Shown here one piece after another: positions 13,714 through 27,396 of a DNA stretch of 64,000 nucleotides (the first letter of the stretch is position 1; each line of letters begins with the position of its first letter). The stretch comes from Eledone cirrhosa (Eukaryota). The notes beneath the pieces are model-generated. The model searched no databases and was not told where the DNA came from. It was given only the letters and a program-made list of their open reading frames with translations. The DNA lies in NCBI GenBank assembly GCA_964016885.1, contig OZ024741.1, positions 2,294,001 to 2,358,000 on the forward strand. Direction: 5' to 3'. A program made the translations under genes and the position numbers.

Positions 13714-14329
13714 GTACGTATTCATACTTACTCTAGCCACAACCTGTCTTTTTATATAACAAAGAGCGGAGTTGAGGGAGATTTGGCTGACATTTCTAGC
13801 AAGTTGTGTGACCACCGTGTTTTCACTGGTTTCTACATACTGTTATCTACACTACACACTCGACCTTCATACAGTTTCATTTAATTCCCTGTCTTCTCCT
13901 CTCATAACAATGTCTTCGATATTACTCTATCACCCTCTCTCTCTCCCATACACACCCTCTCTCTCCGATACCCCCTCTCTATCTCTCTCTCTCTCTCTCC
14001 CTCTCTACCATCCTCTCTTGGTCTGTCTCTCTGTCTCTCTGTCTCTCTGCTTCTTCCACTCTCTCCAACACCTCTCCGTCTGTCTGACTGTTTCTCTCTC
14101 CCTTCAACTGTCTCCACCCTCTCTCTATCTCCCCCCTCTCTATATGTCCCCCTCTCTCCCTCTCCTGTCTGTCTGTAGTCAGTTGCTAGGTACTAGTTAC
14201 TTGGGAAGGTCCAAGGAGAACTATTAACGTAGTTAGTAGCTACGGACATCTTTTAGTTACAGCAATGGTCAGTACAGCCAGATTGACCGAAGAAAACATT
14301 AAGGTGACATCACTGCTGTAGCTGACCGT

Positions 14330-14982
14330 GGTCACTGTGATCCGACATCACGACTGTCTCCGGACATCACAGTAACCATGGTCACTGTGATCCGACATCA
14401 CGACTGTCTCCGGACATCACAGTAACCATGGTCACTGTGCTCCGACATCACGACTGTCTCCGGACACCTCAGTAACCATGGTCACTGTGATCCGACATCA
14501 CGACTGTCTCCGGACATCACAGTAACCATGGTCACTGTGCTCCGACATCACGACTGTCTCCGGACACCTCAGTAACCATGGTCACTGTGCTCCGACATCA
14601 CGACTGTCTCCGGACACCTCAGTAACCATGGTCACTGAGATCCGACATCACGACTGTCTCCGGACACCTCAGTAACCATGGTCACTGTGATCCGACATCA
14701 CGACTGTCTCCGGACACCTCAGTAACCATGGTCACTGTGCTCCGACATCACGACTGTCTCCGGACACCTCAGTAACCATGGTCACTGTGATCCGACATCA
14801 CGACTGTCTCCGGACATCACAGTAACCATGGTCACTGTGATCCGACATCACGACTGTCTCCGGACATCACAGTAACCATGGTCACTGAGATCCGACATCA
14901 CGACTGTCTCCGGACATCACAGTAACCATGGTCACTGTGATCCGACATCACGACTGTCTCCGGACACCTCAGTAACCATGGT
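14330..14982. repeat. 50-bp tandem minisatellite, 13 copies, internally inverted
   Basis: Unit GGTCACTGTGATCCGACATCACGACTGTCTCCGGACATCACAGTAACCAT. Confidence 0.95.
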
Positions 14983-15009
14983 AAAGCCAGCAGTTTAAAG
15001 GGAAGAGGA

Positions 15010-15180
15010 AAGTCGATTAAATCGACCCCAGTGTGTTTACTGGTATTTTATTTTATCGATCCCGTAAAGGTGAAAGGCACAGTTAACCCCGGTGGGATTT
15101 GAACTCAGAAAGTAAAGGGCCGTAACTTAATCCCGCAAAGCATGTTGACAGACACTCTACCGGTTACTGTCAATCCACCG
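15010..15180 (-). mobile_element. tRNA-derived SINE
   Basis: Reverse complement of the family core and B-box. Confidence 0.8.
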
Positions 15181-17051
15181 TAATTTATTTTATTGACCTG
15201 AAGGGCACAAGGTATTGGGGGCAATAAAATACAACAACAACAGCAACACAGACTAGGGTTTACTTGGAGTGAACGGAAGTGTAAACAGTAGGTATAACAA
15301 CAACAACAACAGCAGTAACTAAGAAATAGTCCAGGTAACAATACAAAACAATGACAAATGTTGATTAGGAAGAGTTCCCTAAGAGAAGGAGGGGGGGGGG
15401 CTGCACTTTAGGTATTCCTGGGTGAACTCCACACAAACCCCTTGAATTACTTTGTCACCCCAGGAGCATTGAAAGTGACTTCCCCCTGTCTTCCTAGTGA
15501 GAAATTGTTTCTAAGATAGGCACATGGCTAGAGAGTTTCCATTTTCTTTTTGAAATGGGGAAGTAGCGGAGGATGGGGTGGGGGCTAGATTAAATGTACA
15601 CCGGGGTTTCACTTTTACTGTATTTTATCAACTCCGGAAGGATGGACGAAATGAAAAGCTGAACACGATGGAATTTGAATTCGGAACTTAAAGAGTTGGA
15701 ACAAATAACACAAAGAATCTAGTCGGACACTCTATCGATTCTGCCAATGTATTGGCAACAAGACGGAATTAGAATATAAAATATAGAGCGCCAATAACAA
15801 CACAATACACAGTATTGAATATAAGAACAATGTAGAAAGTCTGACATGGGAGAGTCTCAGGAAAGTAATTTCTAAGTGGAAGAGAATGGTTTAATGGAGT
15901 GAAATTGAAATATAACAAATTGAAAGAATTTTATATATTGTTAACTAGAAGAAGAAGAAGACGAAGAAGAAGAAGAAGAAGAAGAAGAAGAAGAAGAAGA
16001 AGAAGAAGAAGAAGAAGAAGAAGAAGAAGAAGAAGAAGAAGAAGAGTTAATTTTAAGGATTCTTCATTATGTTGTATTGTTATCTACATTATTGTATGTG
16101 GAACACTGTCTCTGTTGCTATATTGTTGTTGTTGTGGCTGTTGTTGTTGTTGTTGTTCTTGTTGTTGTTATTGTTGTTGTTGTTGTTGTTGTTGTTATTG
16201 TTGTTGTTGTTGTTGTCGTCGTTGTTGTTGTTGTTGTTGTTGTTGCTATTGTTGTTATTGTTGTTATAATTGTTATTGTTGGTGTTGCTATTGTTGTTAT
16301 TGTTGTTGTTATTGTTGTTGTTATTGTTGTTGTTGCTATTGTTGTTATTGTTGTTGTTGTTGTTATTGTCGTCGTCGTCAACGTTATATTTTGTATGTTA
16401 TAAAATGAAAACCTTACTAATTAAATTAGTTCCTTTCGTAATTATACCGCCCCTCCCCCCTTGTCATTGTGGCAGAGAAGAAGGTCCTCTTTGTGAACTT
16501 GGTCACATATAAACAAGATAATTGCAATGACCATCTCGGTTGCTCATATCACTGTTAAACGATTAAAACACTCACAGACCCACATAGAGCAATAATGGTT
16601 GGGTTTGAAAACAGCCTCAGGCAATCTTACACTCAGAAAGAATGGTAACGAAATGAAGAAAATAAAGGACGACATTTTCTAGCAACCTAACAAGAGGGAT
16701 CCATAACAAGAGGGAGCCACACACTGACTAATCGATTGGAGGACCAGTTATTTATTTATTTATTTATTAATTATTTTAAATCTTCTGTTGAAATAAAGCT
16801 GGGAAAAGGTTGTGAAAATATTACACTGATTTTGCGAGAGTGTGTTGAAGTAAAGTTGTCTTGGGGCATCTCACAGTCAAAACAAAGCTCAGGTTGTTTT
16901 TTATTAGAATTATGACTGTGAGTATTATGGCCAAACTTTCATGGAAATATTCCCATTGTATTAAGTAAATCTTCTAGTAAAAATAGTTTCTCCCAGGTTA
17001 GCAATCCACGAATATACAGCTTAATTGATATAAAAGATACAATAACGACAA

Positions 17052-17144
<93 letters not shown>

Positions 17145-17658
17145 CATTATTTTAATTTAATTTAATTTTTGGAGATTTATTTGTTGGGTAAGCTGACTTG
17201 ATACGGGGTGGTGTTTTAAAACTGAAACAATTATATGTGAGAAGAGTTGTGATAGTCATGGAAAAGACGACCAGATGTCAAACCATTTGATAGTTTATAG
17301 GATTGGCAGAGTCGTTAGAACGCCAGTTAGAGTACCTGGCGGTATTGGTTCCAGATCTCTCCACAGAGTTCAAAACCTGCCGAGGTCAACTTTACCTTTC
17401 ATTCTTTCCAGGTCAATAAAAAAGTACCAGTGAGCATTGTGAGTGATTCTTCCGAGAGAAATCTTTCTCACTTCTTCTCTATCACACACTCTCCTTCTGT
17501 GGACGAAATCGGCTGTGTTCAGCCACAGAGAAGAGACGGGTTCCGACATGCTTTTAAAATGGTCTATATACGCTGTATATCACTACAGCGTCCCTACACC
17601 TCCATCTAGTGTTACGGGTCCATACAGTAAACTAAATAGAACAAACGTGAATATAATG

Positions 17659-17715
<57 letters not shown>

Positions 17716-17821
17716 TTTAACCCGGGTTCAATCAGGGGTAACCACAATAAGGTACTCAATACAAAACAGAGTATAAATATTTGATATAGAAAGGCTTCTA
17801 CAGGACTAGAACTGTTTCATA

Positions 17822-18102
17822 TCGTGTATCGAACAAAGATACGGGACACCACTGATCTAAAGTAAAAGATCACTGATGCCATTGCCACCATTGATAAGGC
17901 CATGCTACAGCAAACATGGCAAGAAATCTAGTACCGTCTTGATGACCTTTGTACAACTAATGGTGCTCATATAGAGGTGTATTAAATTAGTTAAAAACGA
18001 CTTCACTATCTTCTCCTCATTTTGTAATAATTTTCACATATTTGTCAGTTAATTTGCATTTGCAATAACTTTTTTATATTGTAAAGAGATTTTATGGACA
18101 CC

Positions 18103-18107
<5 letters not shown>
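17822..18107 (+). mobile_element. Tc1/mariner transposon 3' end
   Basis: Degenerate transposase C-terminus KITDAIATIDKAMLQQTWQEI*YRLD..TNGAHIEVY*, then a TIR ending GGACACCCTG|TA. A related TIR start TACAGGGTG occurs at ~44927. Confidence 0.75.
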
Positions 18108-18167
<60 letters not shown>

Positions 18168-18168
<1 letters not shown>

Positions 18169-18357
18169 CGAAGGAAAAGTGGTAAGGAACCAGGTGGACC
18201 ATAACGCACCAAAGTACTCAATACTTAGGGTAGTAGAGTGGGTAATAGGAACAAGTAAGACCCCGACGGCTGAGCTCAAGCCGTTTCGACGGCTAATTCT
18301 GGACGCAGAATTAGCCGTCGAAACGGCTTGAGCTCAGCCGTCGGGGTCTTACTTGTT

Positions 18358-18360
<3 letters not shown>
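18168..18360 (-). mobile_element. Short palindromic PLE-pLTR element, family A
   Basis: Same as 2211-2400 in the opposite orientation. Fold-back centre TCTGGACGCAGA near 18303. Confidence 0.85.
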
Positions 18361-18397
<37 letters not shown>

Positions 18398-18597
18398 TTA
18401 TATATATATATTTATATATATATATTTATATATATTTAAAGGTTAAACAAGGTTCAATGAATAAATCAAAGAATTAGTTTTACAATAGATTGGAAGCACT
18501 CAACAGTAATGGTTTTCTGGAGTTATAATGAGTTATATGACTACCATGACTGGATCTTAACGATCTACTATGTCAGGGTATGTCAGGCATCATCTTG

Positions 18598-18660
18598 TTT
18601 TATCTGATGTGGACGTACCATTGAAGTTAGCTCAGTACCTCTGAAATATGTATAATAAAA
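18598..18660 (+). ncRNA. Degenerate minimal hammerhead (A9U)
   Basis: TTTTAT-CTGATGT-stem II-GAAA-TATGTA-TA-ATAAAA. Confidence 0.55.
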
Positions 18661-18981
18661 TATACTTGATCACAAGAAGTTCTAATTTTGTTAATATTTT
18701 GAATATATATATATATATATATATGAAGAAAAAGAGAGGGGTGGGGTTAGATATATATATAGATATAGATACTTTTATGTTGGGTTTACAACTGCAAACG
18801 AGATAGTGATTACTGAATACATGTTTTAGGGCCTATTTGTTACCTTTTGTTCCAGCATTTCCAGCCACATAAATATATACATACATACGTATATATACAT
18901 ACATACATATATATACTCATACATATACATACATATACATACATATACGCACATTTATATATATATACATATATATATATA

Positions 18982-19518
18982 TTGAGTATATGTTGGTTGT
19001 ATACCAACACCTCAGTATGCAGGCTGGAGCACTCGACGAAGTGCGCAGGTTGGTTTGGTTACTCCGGAGTAATGTAAAATAAAGTAAAATAAAAAGTCAA
19101 ATGTTTAAAATTTAGCTTCGTTTATTACTGCTATATATATTTCAGTGACAGCCATCTTTGGCTGTGACCTCTTCAGGCAGTCCAAATTAGTGTGGTATAG
19201 ACAAGTACATATGTTGTTGAGGTGTATAATATTGTCAATACTCTGATATGCCCAGTTCCTGGGCATATCAGGAACTGGGCTTATCAGAGTATTGACAATA
19301 TTATAGACCTCATATGAATTCAAACAAACGAATTTCAGTGTCAAAGGTCCTCTTCTCCTCTCAATGGTCAGTTGTTCTGCGTTCCTCTTTCGAAGTGGAA
19401 CGCCTTCCATCTCATCCTACGGACGAGGGAGTCCGTACTCTTGATGAGATCACTGGTGTATTCTCGTTTGTTAGGTAGGGGGATGTCCTTCACTTAGCGT
19501 CACTGAAGGACATCCCCC
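18982..19518 (-). mobile_element. Highly structured non-coding element with hammerhead and tail motif
   Basis: Hairpins at 19218-19312, 19379-19403, 19409-19450 and 19478-19518. Hammerhead at 19127-19181. TCGAGTGCTC at 19027-19036 on the minus strand. Ends in (TA)n. Confidence 0.7.
19127..19181 (-). ncRNA. Minimal type I hammerhead ribozyme
   Basis: ACTGC-CTGAAGA-GGTCACAGCCAaagaTGGCTGTCACT-GAAA-TATATA-TA-GCAGT, with a canonical core. Confidence 0.85.
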
Positions 19519-19521
19519 GAC

Positions 19522-19635
19522 ATTTATCGACCCCGTAAGGATGAAAAGCAAAGTTAACCTCGGCGGGATTTGAACTCAGATTGTAAAGGGACGTAATTAC
19601 GCTGGACTGGAAAGCATGTCCGACCCTCTACCGAT
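19522..19635 (-). mobile_element. tRNA-derived SINE fragment
   Basis: Reverse complement of the family core and B-box. Confidence 0.8.
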
Positions 19636-19639
19636 GTTG

Positions 19640-19835
<196 letters not shown>

Positions 19836-19903
19836 AAAAAGGGATGAAATCGAAAATGCAACTGACGTCTTATTTTTTTAAAAATATATATATTTATTTG
19901 GTT

Positions 19904-19941
19904 CCTTTACCGGTTTCGCAGTTCTTCTGCTTTTCAAAAGG
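19904..19941 (-). ncRNA. 38-nt minimal hammerhead with U3-A8 core
   Basis: CCTT-TTGAAAA-GCAGaagaaCTGC-GAAA-CCGG-TA-AAGG. Second copy at 38847-38884 on the minus strand. Confidence 0.75.
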
Positions 19942-20387
19942 TGAGTTGAGATGGAGGGTCTATTACTATCTTGACCTTCACTATCTTTCTATTGGTCAAT
20001 TCAAAACCTGTTCCCAAACAGAGCTATTGTATTAAATCTTTGTTGGTTTTTTCAATAAACAAATATCATTATTTCTGAAGACAGCATATATATGTGTAGG
20101 TATGTATATTCCCTCTGATAGTTTGTAAAAAAATTTACATGAATCTATAGGATATGCATACCAACACTAACATATATATCCTAGAAACGATCGCAAAATG
20201 GTGAATTTTTTAATATAAGGAACTGTTTCTTTGTTTCTTCATTAATTTATTAATTTATCTTGACTCTGTTTTCCGTTAATTTTCAGCGAAAAATTTTTTG
20301 GAATACTTCTTCTCTTTTCATGATATTCGGATTACATTGAGTTCTTCATACGGATTGGACACTACCGTACATTTTGGTAGATTTATC

Positions 20388-20423
<36 letters not shown>

Positions 20424-20611
20424 GATAATTCTACCAAAATGTACGGTAGTGTCCAATCCGTATGAAGAACTCAATGTAATCCGAATATCATGAAAAGAGA
20501 AGAAGTATTCAAAAAAATTTTTCGATGAAAATTAACGGAAAACAGAGTCAAGATAAATTAATAAATTAATGAAGAAACAAAGAAACAGTTCCTTATATTA
20601 AAAAATTCAGC

Positions 20612-20740
20612 ATTTTACGATCGTTTCTAGGATATATATGTTAGTGTTGGTATGCATATCCTATAGATCCATGTAAATTTTTTTACAAACTATCAGAGGG
20701 AATATACATACCTACACATATATATGCTGTCTTCAGAAAT
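20612..20740 (-). ncRNA. Hammerhead with ~100-nt stem II region in PLE pLTR
   Basis: ATTT-CTGAAGA-CAGCATATATATG...CATATATATCCTA-GAAA-CGATCG-TA-AAAT. Copies at 20071-20199 (+, U16.1C), 24834-24961 (+) and a diverged one at 28986-29130 (-). Confidence 0.75.
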
Positions 20741-21456
20741 AATGATATTTGTTTATTGAAAAAACCAACAAAGATTTAATACAATAGCTCTGTTTGGGAA
20801 CAGGTTTTGAATTGACCAATAGAAAGATAGTGAAGGTCAAGATAGTAATATAGTAGTAAAAGAACCTTAATTTATGGGTAGAGGAAGGTAGATTTCAGTT
20901 TTGGATGGAAAGAATATTATGAATGAAAGATTATTTTAGGGATGAGAATAGGTCATATGCTGACCTCAGAAATAATTATATTTGTTCATTGAATAAAACC
21001 AACAAAGATTTAATATAGTAGGTTTGTTTGGGAACAGGTTTTGAATTAACCAATAGAAAGGTAATAATTGGCCAAATGGTAAAATAGTAGTAATTGAAAT
21101 TTATTTTGGGGTAGAATAAGGCAGATTTCAGTTTTGAATAGAAGGAGTATGAAGAATGAAAAGTTTATTTTAGGGGTGAAAATAGGTCAGGTCAGTAAAA
21201 GGTAACACGAAAAGTTGCTGTTATAAAAGAATAATGCCAATGTAAATATCTAAGGAGACTAAAATTTTACGATAAAAGTGTTAGTGAAAAAAATATATAT
21301 GGAATTTACATCTATGAAAAGGAAATAAATTAATTTAATTGATGGGTATATTTATATTGATAAAATTATATTAATGCATATAGATATGATAAATAAGAGT
21401 TAGATGTAATTGAAGAGTGGTGTTAAAGACGAGGGGAAATTAAAAAAATATAAAAA

Positions 21457-21527
<71 letters not shown>

Positions 21528-21762
21528 TTGGGGGGGGGGAGTTAAATTTATTAGTGAGAAATAATAAATATATAGAGATTTCAAGGAACATAGAATCATA
21601 ACCTGAAATTTAAACATTATATATGTTTACTTAATGGTATCAATTTTAGGAAAAGATAGTTGTAAGAAGGAAAGTAAAATTATGTAGTTCATCAGTAGTA
21701 GAATATTAATTAAATGTTAACTAAATTAAAAATAGTTTTTATATTAATTTCTAAAATGTATA

Positions 21763-23802
21763 TTAATTAGGTTTATAATATTTAAAGGTTTTTCTCAGTT
21801 TATGATTACACGATATTATTAATTCCTGTCGGAAGGTGGATGGATTGGCAGTATCGGTAGAAGGTCGGACGCCATGCTTTCCAGCATAGTTACGTCCCTT
21901 TACGATCTGAGTTCAAATCCCGCCGAGGTTGACTTTGCCTTTCATCCTTACGGGGTCGATAAAATAAAGTACCAGTAATGCACTGGGTAATTTGCTGGCC
22001 TTGTGCCTAAAGTAGAAACAATTATTAATTCCTGTCGCTTATTTAATAGGATATCCTTAGATTTCATTATTTCAAAAAGTTCTTGGGAACATAATCTACA
22101 TTCATATCTATTATTTTGATAAGGGGTGGCCCTTTTGAGCACACTCCAGGTCAGGTCATAATCTATATTCCTCTTTCTATAATTATTAATTATTTCAGCT
22201 AGAGATGTATTAGCTAATGCGGCATTTTTGAAACTATGTTTGTGGGTATTAAATATTACCTTAAATTGGTTAGAGGTAGCTCCTATATATGAATAAATTG
22301 AGTCTTTAGTGTTAACTTTACATTTATATACTATGTTATTAACAAGGCAATTTCCTTTTAATGGGCAGTTTGCTTTGTTTCTACAGTTACAACTTTTCGT
22401 GAATCCTGTATCAGAGGAGATATTATGGTTAGTTTGATGTACTGGTGGTATACTCATGTTTTTTTTACATTTATATGCATTGTAGGCACTTATATTTTGT
22501 TTTATGTTTTTGGTTGTTGAGTAGGAGAATTTAACCGTTGATCTATTTAAAATTTGATGGTATTTGTGGTTTGGCGGGAAGTTCTTCTCTAGGATATAAA
22601 CATTTTTTTTAGGTATATTATCCTTAATTTGTAAATTAAATGGAGCATTATACCAAGTAACTCGTCTATTACGGTTTCGATGTTGTTTATTGCTTTTATA
22701 GGATGTATCCTGTGTTTATTAAGAGAATTATTGTTAATGACTTCACCACACACATTTTTAGTTAGATTTATTCATTTAAGTGTTTTAGCTTGTTTATTAG
22801 GAGTTTTATTATTAACATTTATTAGAGTAGTAGGATGAGTAGTTTTTTGAGAGTTACTATATTGTATATTAGAAGAGTTAGAGAAATTTGGTTTTATGTT
22901 GGTATTTTGGGGTATAGTGTGAGTGGCATTTAGGTGTGTATGTTTCATTTGGTGTTTGTTGGTAATATTAGGTTGTATGTTTGTAGTGTTATTGGTACAA
23001 GGTATATATACTAATTATTTTTGTGGCCACTTCTAGCTAAAGCTTCGTTATAGAAGGTCGCATTTTTATCAAATACATCCTGGTTAGACGAAAGGTTAGA
23101 AATTCTAAGTGAGATATTATATGCAAGGTTTTTAAGGATAGATTTAGGGTGATTAAATTGTGAGTGTATGTAATGTAAATTTTGGTTAGGTTTATGGTAA
23201 GGTTGGTAGATACCCGTAGATAAGTCTAATGTTAAATCAAGGAAATTAACTACTTTACTTGTGTTTTCAAATGTAATATCTAGACTATAATAGTCTTTGA
23301 GGAAAGTTCTAATAAGCTTTTTATTTTTTTCTATCTCTGAAAGGCTAAGGTTATTGGAAAGAAGAAGACAGTCGTCACGATATAAACCACCCTTAAGGTG
23401 GGGAAAGGAAGCATTTATGTTAAAAAGAAGAAAGAGGCCCACAAGATCAGTAATTTGGGCAGAATCGCTTGAGCCCATAGTAATATCGAATAGATTACTA
23501 TATGTGTTTCTGGTCCAGTATTCATTTTGAAATTCCAATAGTGTTTGTCTAGCATGTGTAATAATGTTAATGTCATCCAAATTTAAGTTAGATCTATTTT
23601 TAGCAAATATCAAGGCTTTGTTCAGGAGTATAGGTGATATAGAGGAATAATAATTATCTATATCAAATTGTAGAAATGAAGCAGAAGATTTATTTCTAAT
23701 ATTATTAAACCAGTTAATTACCTGGGATGTGTTTTCCCAGAGTGGTAAATTAACATGTTTTCTTAGTTGTGGGATGACCCTATCTAAAAAATTTTTACTA
23801 AT
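21763..23802 (-). pseudogene. PLE RT + GIY-YIG remnant
   Basis: Motifs FLQFDIDNYY, ITMGSSDSAQITDLVG, GGLYRDD, VNFLD, CNCRNKANCPLKGNC, IVYKC..YIGAT. Stop at 23011, frameshifts and a SINE insertion. Removing the SINE restores ..RQELIISCNHKLRKTFKYYKPN*. Confidence 0.92.
21832..22020 (+). mobile_element. Full-length tRNA-derived SINE with 17-bp TSD
   Basis: A-box TGGCAGTATCGG, B-box GAGTTCAAATCC, Meta-like core. TSD ATTATTAATTCCTGTCG at 21815-21831 and 22021-22037. Confidence 0.95.
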
Positions 23803-24042
23803 GATTTAGGTAATTAACTGGTTTAATAATAGTTAACATATAATTTTAGTTAACATATAATTAATATTCTACTACTGATGAACTACATAATTTTACTTTC
23901 CTTCTTACAACTATCTTTTCCTAAAATTGATACCATTAAGTAAACATATATAATGTTTAAATTTCAGGTTATGATTCTATGTTCCTTGAAATCTCTATAT
24001 ATTTATTATTTCTCACTAATAAATTTAACTCCCCCCCCCCAA

Positions 24043-24117
<75 letters not shown>

Positions 24118-25037
24118 TTTTTATATTTTTTTAATTCCCCCTCGTCTTTAACACCACTCTTCAATTACATCTAACTCTTATTTATCATATCTATATGCAT
24201 TAATATAATTTTATCAATATAAATATACCCATCAATTAAATTAATTTATTTCCTTTTCATAGATGTAAATTCCATATATATTTTTTTCACTAACACTTTT
24301 ATCGTAAAATTTTAGTCTCCTTAGATATTTACATTGGCATTATTATTTTATAACAGCAACTTTTCGTGTTACCTTTTCCTGACCTGACCTATTTTCACCC
24401 CTAAAATAAACTTTTCATTCTTCATACTCCTTCTATTCAAAACTGAAATCTGCCTTATTCTACCCCAAAATAAATTTCAATTACTACTATTTTACCATTT
24501 GGCCAATTATTACCTTTCTATTGGTTAATTCAAAACCTGTTCCCAAACAAACCTACTATATTAAATCTTTGTTGGTTTTATTCTATGAACAAATATAATT
24601 ATTTCTGAGGTCAGCATATGACCTATTCTCATCCCTAAAATAATCTTTCATTCATAATATTCTTTCCATCCAAAACTGAAATCTACCTTCCTCTACCCAT
24701 AAATTAAGGTTCTTTTACTACTATATTACTATCTTGACCTTCACTATCTTTCTATTGGTCAATTCAAAACCTGTTCCCAAACAGACCTATTGTATTAAAT
24801 CTTTGTTGGTTTTTTCAATAAACAAATATCATTATTTCTGAAGACAGCATATATATGTGTAGGTATGTATATTCCCTCTGATAGTTTGTAAAAATTTTAC
24901 ATGGATCTATAGGATATGCATACCAACACTAACATATATATCCTAGAAACGATCGTAAAATGCTGAATTTTTTAATATAAGGAACTGTTTCTTTGTTTAT
25001 TCATTATTTTATTAATTTATATATATATATATATATA

Positions 25038-25403
<366 letters not shown>

Positions 25404-25404
25404 T

Positions 25405-26650
25405 TTTTTTTCTCTCTCGTCTACGATTTCACAGAACTTACGTTCACCGAAATCACAGACTAGATCCCTTCTTCCTCCCGTTAGACCTGTATGGAATTCC
25501 TTCCTTGCTCACATTCCAACCAGGTTTGATGGTCTTTATTCTCTCTCGTTCACGATTTCACCGAATTTATATTCATAGAAATTTGGGACTTGTCTCCTTC
25601 TTCCTCACTTTTCGTTGCTTCACCATCTTTGTTTGTTTACACTCGTGTCCCCTTTATTTACGTGTCCCAACGACTTTTTTTAGCCGTTGCTCGCACCAAC
25701 CGGAGGTATATGGTCTTTAAAGCGATGAATTACCAATGATGGTTGGAAGTTCACTGATGAAGGACTAACTTTATTCATATGTAACCCATTAGCAACCATG
25801 CAGCACGTTTATTCTCATATTTACACATATTTTTTTCCCCGCTGTGACCCGTCTATTTCGTTCTTACTGCCTCCTCTTTCTCTGTATCTTTACCCTCTCT
25901 AGCAGACACTCTCTCTGTTAGCCTCTTCCTCACCCTTCACTCACTCATTCTCTGTTACTACCTCTCCTCCTCCTCCTTCTTCCCGTTTGACCTGTGCGTA
26001 ATTCTTTTCTTTCGCACCCTTGGTCTGGCAGGTCGCTTTTTTTCTCTCTCGTCTACGATTTCACAGAACTTACGTTCACCGAATTCACAGACTAGATCCC
26101 TTCTTCCTCCCGTTAGACCTGTACGGAATTCCTTCCTTTCTACCATTCCAACCAGGTTTGATAGTCTTTATTCTCTCTCGTTCACGATTTCACCGAATTT
26201 ATATTCATAGAAATTTGGGACTTGATTCCTTCTTCCTCAATTTTCATTGCTTCACCATCTTTGTTTGTTTACCCTCGTGTCCCCTTTATTTACGTGTCCC
26301 AATGACTTTTTTTAGCCGTTGCTCGCACCAACCGGAAGTATATGGTCTTTAAAGCGATGAAATACCAATGATGGTTGGAAGATCACTGATGAAGGACTAA
26401 CTTTATTCATATATATATATATATATATTCCTATCTTTGCGTTGCTATCCTTCTATGTTTGTTTACTTGTCTCGCTCGCTTTACGCGATTTACTTGTCCC
26501 AATAGCTTTATTTAGCTATTGCTCGCACCAACTGGAGATATATGATTTTTAAAGCGATGAAATACCAATGAAGGTTGGAAAATCACTGATAAAGGATTGT
26601 TTTTATCATATGTAACCCATGTGCAACCACACAGTATTCATTCTTCTCAT
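25405..26650 (+). repeat. Local duplication/triplication of a ~390-bp pyrimidine-rich unit
   Basis: 25405-25780 is similar to 26040-26410. A diverged partial third copy lies at 26430-26650. Bounded by (TA)n. Confidence 0.8.
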
Positions 26651-26670
26651 GTTTATATATATATATATAT

Positions 26671-26750
<80 letters not shown>

Positions 26751-26950
26751 CGAAGGAAATGTGGTAAGGAACCAGGTGGACCATAACGCACCAAAGTACT
26801 CAATACTTGGAGTAGTAGAGTGGGTAATAGGAACCAGTAAGACCCCGACGGCTGAGTTCAAGCCGCTTCGACGGCTAATTCTGGACTAAATTTTAGTCCA
26901 GAATTAGCCGTCGAAACGGCTTGAGCTCAGCTGTCGGGGTCTTACTGGTT

Positions 26951-26953
<3 letters not shown>
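26751..26953 (-). mobile_element. Short palindromic PLE-pLTR element, family A
   Basis: Fold-back centre TCTGGACTAAATTTTAGTCCAGA. Confidence 0.85.
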
Positions 26954-27031
<78 letters not shown>

Positions 27032-27207
27032 TGATTGCGGTGCCCTAACATGGCCGCAATCCAATGACCACAACAGTTTTTGTCAACCCAATTCCATTCA
27101 TGTGAGTCGACACAGATGGCCAAGATGTCATTCAGTTGTATGAAACCAAGGACTTAATGATTGCAAAACGAACTCTTTAACCAGTTGACCATGCTGTTAC
27201 CAGGGTA

Positions 27208-27396
27208 GGTAGGACCGCTGCAAGAACTGTCATGAAAGCGTAGAGGTGTTACCTCTACAGGGGAGGTAGGACCGCTGCAATAACTGTCAAGAAAGGGTAG
27301 AGGTGTTACCTCTACAGGGGAAGTAGGACCACTGCAATAACTGTCAAGAAAGGGTAGAGGTGTTACCTCTACAGGGGAGGTAGGACCGCTGCAATA
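27208..27396. repeat. 57-bp tandem repeat, about 3.3 copies
   Basis: AGGACC recurs at 27211, 27268, 27325 and 27382. Each unit holds the hairpin GTAGAGG-tgtta-CCTCTAC. Confidence 0.9.

Larger units (their letters stand above)
19961..25020 (-). mobile_element. Hydra-clade-like PLE insertion with three pLTR copies (+/-/+)
   Basis: 19961-20390 mirrors 20421-20850 around a (TA)n. 23850-25020 is an inverted copy of ~20560-21720. The coding remnant lies between them. Confidence 0.88.

Noticed and set aside
14330-14982. CRISPR-like array (also 39920-40322 and 62006-62760)
   Set aside because: The units are contiguous with no unique spacers, there are no cas genes, and the context is eukaryotic.
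25750-26410. CTGATGA at ~25754 and ~26386 (and CCGATGA at ~13535) as hammerheads
   Set aside because: No convincing GAAA, stem III and stem I could be paired.
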